A stretch of DNA of 54,873 bases, the filler included, from Catajapyx aquilonaris (Eukaryota), in assembly GCA_000934665.2 (NCBI GenBank). It is 2 parts of 2 records of this genome, joined end to end, with 100 filler letters (N's around TTAATTAATTAA, not from the genome) between each part and the next. Parts side by side here need not be neighbours in the genome. Positions count along the whole stretch, not along the records: positions 27,507 to 54,873 come from JYFJ02005065.1; 1 more part is not named here. One strand, given 5' to 3'. Both the position numbers and the translations under genes were made by a program. The notes beneath the pieces were generated by a model. That model was given only the letters and a program-made list of their open reading frames with translations. It ran no database searches and had not been told where the DNA came from. Below, piece by piece: positions 46,701 through 54,873 of this stretch (position 1 is its first letter; each line of letters starts with the position of its first letter).

Positions 46701-49700
46701 CTACATTTCATAGCGTCTGGTCACATCTTTGAAATGTCCACAAGCAGTTATGATGTACACTATCTTTTGAAGCATAATCTTGACAACATGTGAGCACCTT
46801 CGTTCCCGCAATTCCATTAATAACTTTGCATCTGTGACTCATCCATACATCGTATCATTCTGTTTTGCGTTTATTTTACTAGTTACCTCGAAGGAACCTG
46901 GCCGTATTCTGCAGCAGTTAAGGTTTTCATGGCCCTTTTCCATGAGTTCCCCTTCATTAAAATGTGGTGAATTCATTCCTGATCTTATTTTTCACATTGG
47001 TGTATCACCTGGTCGAATAAAAATATGAAAAGTTGATTAACTTCTGGTGGACCCAGGTTATTACTTTCCAATTCTCATAACGGTATACTCTCCATTTTTT
47101 ACTTTTTTTTTTTTGTGGGTACAAAAGAACAGTAGACAGTTCTACCCTGGTAAATTAATCAACTCGCGTGGGCGGTGAAACTCTCTGTCCACTCTTGTAG
47201 TTGGGCCAAAATAAGTCTATGGAGAGTAAACTACATGACACATCACACCACAAAATGCAAAGAAAACTTATGCATCTATTGGCATAATTTTTGTCCTTAT
47301 CTTACACCTTGTTTTCTTTATTTTGTATTTTCTTTTAACCCTAATTAGACAGGTGTATCATATGCTGATACGCTGGCTTTAAAAAATTCTGCTGGTGAAA
47401 CTGCATACCGTTTTCTCACTATGTCACGTGGTTTCTGTGTGGCTTTATAAATTTTCTCCCACGTAAAAAAATCGCGAATTTTGAACTACAAAATCTTGCA
47501 TAAATCAACCAGATTAACTTAAATGACATAATCTGCCCAGCATCATCTTTTTGCGGCCGTTGAAAAAAAACCCTAACCCCGTGACCTTGGGTGGCAAATT
47601 TTTGGCATACATAGTTGTCCCCAAACCTCCTCAAGAGATTCCACCCAAAAATTAGTGCTAAATATTATTATTAAGTTTTAAAAATAAATAAATAAATAAT
47701 GTTGGACGGTGCGCAATTATAGGCTAAATCGGCACAACCCGGACTGTGCGGCGATCTTGCGGGCGGGGGATTAATTGATCCGAGGGAGGCTGAGTCTGAA
47801 CTCTGGGTGGGAGCTTCATTGTTCCTAAAAAGTCTTCTCCAGAGTGTGGAAGCGCCAATACTTGAAACAGACATTTGTTTTCTGAGCTGTGCAAAATCAC
47901 CAAAAACCCGTCCGTCTTATTACGGTTAATATATGATGAGAAGTTTCTTAAATCAATTATTATTTCACCTGTGTACACACACTATGCTGACCATGAGAGA
48001 AATGTGAAGTTGTCAGGGCTTTGTCATGTTTTTAAAAATAGGTTATTGTGTATTTCTGGTTCAATTTGCAACTGACAATATGTACTTAAAAAATCAACAA
48101 AATACATATGCATACTTAAGTTTCACAAATTCTAAGAACATTTCACAAATAGAAACCTACCCTTGTGTCCTCTAAGACCTCAGAGAATCTAGCATTGAGC
48201 CTATTGCAGTATCCATTAACCCCTTCATTGCTGCCCATGTTGAGATTCAGAGCTGTAGCCAAATGAGCCATCTGGTTGCTCAACCCTAGACAATGCAGAA
48301 AAGTTAAATCAATAACAATGCACAAACAGGCAGAATAATTTCAGGCTGCATTATAACTTACTTTGAGTAGCATAATTCATGGCCATGAACTTCGCAGCAG
48401 CATCTTTGACTTGTATTGAGTAGTCTTGGACCCATTCACGTTCCTTCTGGAAAAACTCTTCACAGTCATGATGAGCATTGGTCTTCCGCACCTCTAGGCG
48501 ATTAGTGAGACCACTGAACAATGATCGCCGCATTCGTGTCCTCGAAGGTGGGTCCAGTCGAGTTAGGAAAGCCACCAAGTGAGGTTCTTGGCCAAACACA
48601 GGATGGATTATGAGAAGATTCAGGTACCTGACCAAAAAAAGAAAAACATTCACTAATTACTGGTGAGATCTGAAATTCCACTCTGTAAGATATTCCTCAT
48701 AGAGGAAAAGGGATAGTCGAAAAATAAAAGTGGATGTTACTTTTCATCTACCTGCCTAAGTTTGCAGTTATTCATTATCATAAATTTGCACAGAAAAGGA
48801 AGAAAACGTTATTTAATTGCCTACACATGTTGTATGCAAAATAGTATTAACAAATAACCAAAGTGATTGATTTTGATACAAGGTGGAAAATTAATTTTAT
48901 ATCCTTTAAAAAACCTTACTGGAAGGGAGAATAAGACAAAAAAAACTTGCTTTTCAAGTTGCCAGCAATCTTTCTGAAATTCATCAGCCAGGAGGCTCTT
49001 AGATGAGCTGCCAAGCTGCCTCCTGGACCTGGCCTCTGCAGTCTGGGCATCTACAGTAGGCTGTGGTGGAAGAGGGGGAACGATGAGACCTGCTAAGTTA
49101 GTTCCACTGGCCAGACATTGTTCAAGGTACACGAAGTCCTCATACTGACGCTGGATCAGCCACGATGTGCCTTCTTCTGCCCCTCGAAGCTGTAAAAGAA
49201 ATGAAACAGATCCTAATGAATAACAAATTTATGTTGCTTCATCATCTAAATCTATTGCAATCCTAAAAAAATTATCAACCAACTTGGAATTACCTTGGCA
49301 GATATGACCATTATTTTCTTTCATGATTCAATTTCCCTTTGTCACAGTCAGGATCACAATAATTAATTCCCTAATACTGATACAGGCAACTGCAGTCACA
49401 TCATGCTGCTGACACTGAATTATTGAAATTAAACCGATGCAGATTCTCCAGACACTCCATAATTTATAACATTTTCCATTTTGGTACCTATCAAACATGA
49501 TTGTAGTGTCAGCGGTATTTTCTCTTCTGCATATCAGGAACTAGGAGGAAGACAATGCCTCGAAGCATGTCTTTACATCAGATATGGTGTAATTTTGGTC
49601 ACTGGTCAACAGTTGTGAAAGCATCTGCTTTGAGATGACTTGTATAATGTTTTCAAGACCACAATCTCAGGCAACACAAGAATTCCTTCCACATAATAAT

Positions 49701-52040
49701 ATTAGGCATTTGTGGTGGTGACCATATCAAACTCCTAGTTGAGATTTTTTTTGTCACACCCTGTGATGTGGCAAAGTGGGTCACAACACTGTTTGATATG
49801 TCCTTTTTATATAACCAAAATTACACTTTCTCATAGACCAAACTGCTCCAGTCCTCATGCACATGACCACAAAATAGTGAAAGGAGTTTAAAAAAAAAAA
49901 AAATCAGTACTGCAATATGGGGCTCACAAACATTAATTAAGGAAATCATTTCATTGAGAAACCTAGCAATTTAATTACTGCAGCATTGAGAGTAAATTTG
50001 GAAACTCACATTTCCTCCTCCTTCATCTAAAAAATCTGTGATTACAATTCGAAATGGTTAATGCACTACTGCAGTATTTAAAAAAATTAACATCTCTCAA
50101 AATTCCTGAATAATAATAATCCCTTGCAATAATCAAATTAGAGCAGATGGAAACTAACTTTGGTGACATGGATGCGGTACTTGACAACATCGCCATCTTT
50201 GCTGACATCGCTGGTGAAGGATATAGAAAAAAGAGGCATTGACATTGGCTCATGAGAACTGGGGCTTGAGGATGTGGAGGTGGCGACGCTGCTGCTGCTC
50301 CCTTGACTGTCGCCTTCTGCTGACATTTCCTTTCTCACTCTCATTTCTGGTTCCGATTGGGCATCAGATTCAGGTCCAGTTGGCCCCAATTGGTCACCAG
50401 ATTCTGGTACAGTTGGCTCCAATTTATCAACGGATTCTGGCACAGGTGTGTCTGCTGGTGTGTCACCTTCACATGTTGATTTCTCCACATCACCTGACTC
50501 AGATGGAGTGTCCCCCTTCTTCTTGGCAGAAGTCGGGGAAATCTCAGTGTTTGTCCCTTCGGACGCAGCGTCTTCCTGCAATTATGAATTAATGAAACAT
50601 TTCACAGCATTTTACAAACTTTTAGTGGCTCTATAATGCAACAAAATGCTAGTATACCATAAGGCACAAGTAGTTTCAAAAGGAAATGTCACAATGGACG
50701 TCCATGCACAATGGCACAGTCAAGCCATGTAATCGCCCCATAAAAAACAGCTCCGTCTAGCATGCCATCCTCATACAGTCACTTGACCACTTGGAGGATA
50801 ATGGATGAGTCACGAGTTTGCTCACATGTTTTCCCAGCCTTGTGGCTATCAAACTATAAATAGCAGGCATAAATAACCCAACCATGTATGCAAATCAGCT
50901 CTTGATAACCTAATTAAATAAAATTTTGCTGCACCATTTTTCAAATAATAATTAAGCTATTCATGTTTCATAATGCATTGATGCCCCTGAATTATTATTA
51001 TTATTATTATTATTACTATTATTATTATTATTATTATCATTATACACTGTATTCCCATTTATCCAGGCAAATGACTGTACAGGTGTCACCTGATAATAAT
51101 CAGGAAACACAGATAATCAGAAAATGGGCATAGATAACGTACAAATTAGCTATTCAGAGGTCTTTAATGTATTACTGTAGATAGTGTATGCTGCTTTACG
51201 TATACTGTATATAGGGTTTAATCAAAATAATCAAACTTAACCCTTGCTTTTTATAGTTTGTCTTCTGCAAAAAGTCTCATTTTTTGTTTGCAAAAAAACC
51301 AAATATGCCTCTGAAGAAATAGGCCCAAAAGCCCCGAAATTACTTCAAAAAGTTCAGTTCAAACACTATCCCAAAAAAAGACACATAGGCATGAAAAGTC
51401 GCAAAATGCCAGAATAGGCAAAATAGTTCCCAAAACCACGAAATAGGCCATTTTAGGCACTATAAAACCTACATTTTCCACATCCTGCACTTATGAAATG
51501 GATAGATCTCTTCACAAAACCATCCCAACCGTTCACGAACTAAGTGCCTAAAAATCTGCTGCAGTTTCTTGCTGCCTCTGTTCAGCTTGTCTCGCTGCTT
51601 AGAATTCCAGATGGGACTGGGGCTCTGCTGTGGTCTCTTGCTGCCTCTTACACTTAGTCCTTTGACGTTTGGCAGCAGGTCATTGTTGTAACGTGTAATG
51701 CTTCTTTAGAGGCATCGAGAAACAGAAAAGGGACAGCCGATATCTCCGACAATGTAATTCTAATTTTTTGTTTCCTTGGAGATGCTTTTTGATATTGTTG
51801 GCGAGTGATGGCTCAAGGAAAGGCGGGAGGAGTGCCGTGGGAGTTAGGCTCATTTTCGGAAGCTGAAACATGCTGCATTATATTCCTCGAAAAAAGTAAC
51901 CCCTGATGAGCAAGTTTAAGGCAGTGTAGGGGCATTCCCCAGGATTTCTATAGCGAAGCCACAAATCCACAAACCCACGAACTTATTTATATAGAATTAT
52001 CATCATCATCATCATCGATAAGTATTATAGGTAACCATCA

Positions 52041-52080
<40 letters not shown>

Positions 52081-52268
52081 CATCGATTGTTGTCGTTGTG
52101 CCACAATGCAGCTGTTCCCACTGCGAACGTTAATGTTGTGCGTGTCACGAAGTCATTAGAACCATTGTCAAGTGAACCGGAATCACCTTTCCGTGACAAT
52201 CCTTATCCTTATTTCCCTTTTGGAATGAGCTAGTTTGGAACGAATAATCTCACCATGACCACAACCAT
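37759..52268 (-). CDS. PX-BAR sorting nexin, SNX5/6/32-like; exons 52254-52268 (tentative start), 50159-50575, 48951-49189, 48362-48627, 48161-48285, 44840-45016, 39122-39187, 37759-37914
   Basis: PX region KDGDVVKYRI...QRQYEDFVYL...GLIVPPLPP...YLNLLIIHPVF; BAR region EFFQKER...LEYEGANRALDKAK...FEECSDVARQEIKQFHRCRIQEFQ; exon phases consistent. Confidence 0.85.
39463..43309 (-). CDS. Uncharacterised type-I single-pass membrane protein (~371 aa) nested in a sorting-nexin intron; exons 42756-43309, 40027-40442, 39463-39608
   Basis: Signal peptide MRVRYGAALALVVSLLVTVTVS; Ser/Thr/Pro-rich ectodomain; TM AAVAAGCIGAFMVVAVGAVLL followed by RWRRKRRR; phases 2 and 1 join correctly; ends VIFWSANRDRLI*. 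Confidence 0.75.
44623..44784. mobile_element. Tc1/mariner-type MITE, about 65-bp TIRs
   Basis: TA-CAGTGTTGGAC...GTCCAACACTG-TA; arms nearly perfect. Confidence 0.88.
46229..46566 (-). mobile_element. tRNA-derived SINE (family shared with 14135 and 54471)
   Basis: GGGAGGCGAAGTGGCGCTGCGGTAACG...GGGTTCGAGCCC head; poly(A) tail; TSD CATCCAGCCATGAT at 46215-46228 and 46567-46580. Confidence 0.9.
51308..51556 (+). mobile_element. Partial copy of the hAT-type element at 35116
   Basis: Matches about 35478-35725 (AATAGGCAAAATAGTTCCCAAAACCACGAAATAGGCCAT...CACTATAAAACCTACATTTTCCACATCCTGCACTTAT). Confidence 0.8.
51557..51995 (-). mobile_element. Possible Helitron 5' remnant
   Basis: Starts TCTATATAAATAAG followed by a GT-rich tract; decayed coding KRQQETTAE...ARQAEQRQQETAA resembles the RxxET repeats at the N-terminus of Helitron RepHel proteins. 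Confidence 0.4.
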
Positions 52269-52940
52269 GGGACTGGGGCGCTCTCGGCCCTCCCTGCGCA
52301 CCTGCAGGCGGCCTCTCTGCAGCCTGGGTCGTCTGCAGGTCTACAGCTGACGGGGTGGGACTATCGCAGGGAACTATAGTCTCCGCTGGCTGGGTCCAAC
52401 CCACTGTGGACTGTGCCTGGCAGCCTACCCCTCTCAGTCTTTTCAAGGGCGACACCGCAGCATCTGACACCTGCCGGTCTACTCGGACCAAACGGTTCCG
52501 ATCCCCGCTGGCAGATGGCGGGACTGACAAGCGGGCGTACTACAACATGCATGGGGCGTAGTTGGACTACCGGCGGACAGGCGGATGCAATTGAAGCGAT
52601 TTGAAGTAAATATGCGAATGTGGGCGTGATACGGATGTGTATGCACATGAAATAAGATCGGAGTTGATATGCCTTTGACCAGCATGTGATGCCAAGGATG
52701 AAAGGCTCAAAAGCACGCTCAAAAGAGAGGGAGGATTGTTGGCCTCGTATTACAGTACCGTATCGCATTTCACGGGCACACAGGGCACACAGGCTCAACA
52801 ACTGGCTAATTAAAATCGACACGGTTTATTCCCATATCGTTGAATGCTTCTTTGTCCCGATTTAACTTGTATACACGTTTAAAAAATGGGTTTCGTAATT
52901 TTTGGCAGTTAGACCGTCACTTGTCTTTTTGCCCGGGGTG

Positions 52941-52953
52941 GTGACGTCACTGG
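52941..52953. promoter_or_regulatory. CRE/ATF-like palindrome in the divergent promoter between the sorting nexin and the WD40 gene
   Basis: GTGACGTCACTGG, identical to 36461-36473. Confidence 0.45.
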
Positions 52954-53189
52954 AATTTTTTTAGCGCCACCCCCGCCATCGTGAATTCTTGAAATTTCAT
53001 TGTTCGACCAGCAATTGAACGGGTAAGCCGCTTGCTCTAATTGTCCAGCTGCACGTACTGGTCTGTACTACATACGTTTGGTGCACATGAAAGGTCGATG
53101 ACCCTGACAGGGTGACGTGTCCGTTTCAGACTTGACCTCTTGACGTGCCCTCCCGCCCGCCAGTCAGCAAACCCCGAGTGAGTGAGGCA

Positions 53190-53292
53190 ATGGCGGTCGT
53201 TGCGTCTGCGGGCAACGTGGTCAACCTGTGGGACCTGCAGGACAAGACGCACAAGCTCATCAGGACCCAAGAACCGGTCAAGGGTTGCCCCA
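53190..53292 (+). CDS. First coding exon of a WD40 protein, NEDD1/Grip71-like (partial)
   Basis: MAVVASAGNVVNLWDLQ resembles the NEDD1 N-terminal ASSGDDIKIWD strand; good Kozak context; GTTAGT donor; downstream exons not confidently identified. Confidence 0.45.
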
Positions 53293-53595
53293 GTTAGTAT
53301 TGACAGCTGGTACTTGGTTGTAGACGTACTGTATGTATGGTAAGGTCGGAAGCAAGGTGACGGCACTAACCAGGACATTTTAAAAATTTAGGGCAGCTTC
53401 AGACTGGTTAGAGATGTTTTCCTGTTAGCGCCTTGCTTACAGCCATTCCCTGATTGCCATATAATGAGGGTTTACAACCTCTTCCTCGTTGGGATAAACC
53501 CTTTGACTTTGCAGTAACTTTGCCAGGAACATGGGCAATACTGGCCAGCATCATCAGTTTTTTGGACACCTAATGACAGCATGGTATCATACTAT

Positions 53596-53911
53596 CAGAG
53601 CTGGGCACACTAACAGAAATGTTTAGTTCTGCTAACACTAATTCTGTTAGCAGACCGTGGGCGGCACTGAAACATTTATGATAAACAGCTAGAGCGATTA
53701 GGGGGATTCCCACTAACTTTTCTAGCTGTTTAGCATTAGCGATTTAGCGATGTACTATATCGCCCAAAAAGATAGAGACGATTTTGCATTTGACTCAAGT
53801 GCAACTTGCACTTGAATCAAATGCCAATCGTCTCTATCTTTTTGAGCGATATAGTACATGGTTTTACTGAGCAAGTTAGCTGTTATCAAAAGTTAGCAGT
53901 GCCCACCTCTG
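53596..53911. mobile_element. hAT-like MITE containing a nested hairpin element
   Basis: CAGAGCTGGGCAC...GTGCCCACCTCTG ends; imperfect TSD CATACTAT / CAATACTAT. Confidence 0.65.
53750..53859. repeat. 110-bp near-perfect palindrome (small MITE)
   Basis: ATGTACTATATCGC.CAAAAAGATAGAGACGATT...AATCGTCTCTATCTTTTTG.GCGATATAGTACAT. Confidence 0.85.
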
Positions 53912-54470
53912 CAATACTATCACATTTTTTATTACATGTGTGCATCCCACTTTCCAGTTTAGATTTTCCTGACATTGCAGTAATGAACCGGAGTACCACC
54001 AGTATTGTTATAATGCTTATCTGACATATAAAGGGTGTTCCAAGTTCATGCCAGGTTGTTTTTAGTTATCATTAATATTACCCAAAGTACCGTATTTGAT
54101 GACATATATTTCCCTACCAAAAATGGCTCAAAAAATTGCCCTGCGTCTTATATGCAAAAATACACTAAATACACCTGGATATGAGCTGCTGAAATATATA
54201 AGGTGTCTTATATGCCTATGCATCTTATATGCCGTCAAATGTGGTCAAGTGAGGGACCACCCAAAAGTAGTGTTATAAGCGGGAAAATTTACCTCATGAA
54301 AATGATCAAGGGACGGGAAAAAAGGGGCATTGAAAGCAGGAGTGCATTATATGTGGGAGCGTTATATCAAGGTTTTACTGGAGTTATTTTTGTGTGTAAT
54401 GTTGCGCCCTGATCCAGGTGCCCCATTACTCCCAGGTGGTAGAATATAGCAGTTTCAATAGAATAGAGCA

Positions 54471-54776
54471 AGGGAGACGGAGTGGCGCCGCGGTAACGCG
54501 TGCGCCCACGGAAGTTAAGGTCCCGGGTTCAATCCCCACCCGGGGTTCCCACCTTCTTTCGTGCAGAGTTGGGCCATCTCTGGTTTCGTTTCGGGTGGCA
54601 ATTTCCGATAGACTAAGCCACCCGGGGGAGTTCACAAAATGACCGTATGAGACATTGCACATGCACTTTGCACATCCCCTCCTACTTACCCGTGAAACAC
54701 ACTCAATACTGTCCACAGTATACAAGTTTCACCCAGATGGTGGTAGCCCACCCCCCTGAAAGGGCTCGGTATATAT
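54471..54776 (+). mobile_element. tRNA-derived SINE (family shared with 14135 and 46229)
   Basis: AGGGAGACGGAGTGGCGCCGCGGTAACG...GGGTTCAATCCC head; (TA)n tail; TSD ATAGAATAGAGCA at 54458-54470 and 54777-54789. Confidence 0.9.
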
Positions 54777-54873
54777 ATAGAATAGAGCACCTGCATTGGG
54801 GCACAACAAGCTACAAAAAAATAACAGCTTCAAACGAAATTCTATAACCAGTAGGACTACTATACTTTGAACA

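Noticed and set aside
51903..51960. Second CTGATGAG hammerhead-like motif
   Set aside because: No GAAA partner or pairing stems found

Overview
Eukaryotic, intron-containing arthropod DNA; the species cannot be determined from the sequence. About 1-25 kb is a rapidly turning-over chemosensory cluster. It holds gustatory receptor (GR, 7tm_7) genes of two subfamilies: 2 intact, 1 with a single frameshift, and several deleted or chimeric pseudogenes. It also holds one intronless divergent ionotropic receptor (IR), an IR fragment embedded in a GR pseudogene, and a six-exon secreted Cys-rich gene resembling a Plus-C odorant-binding protein that appears only as fragments in the ORF track. After a 100-nt assembly gap comes a compact housekeeping block: UBXN7 and mRpS25 head-to-head, and a GNS-like sulfatase whose ATG lies only 44 nt downstream of a two-exon TOM6-like micro-gene (probable dicistronic unit). 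An SNX5/6/32-like PX-BAR sorting nexin carries a GC-AG intron and a same-strand nested single-pass membrane gene, followed by the first exon of a WD40 (NEDD1-like) gene. Many tRNA-derived SINEs and MITEs (Tc1/mariner-, hAT-, P-, PIF/Harbinger- and piggyBac-type ends) are present, several with readable target-site duplications. All exon structures were inferred by eye from splice signals, reading-frame phase and paralog comparison; no database searches were run.
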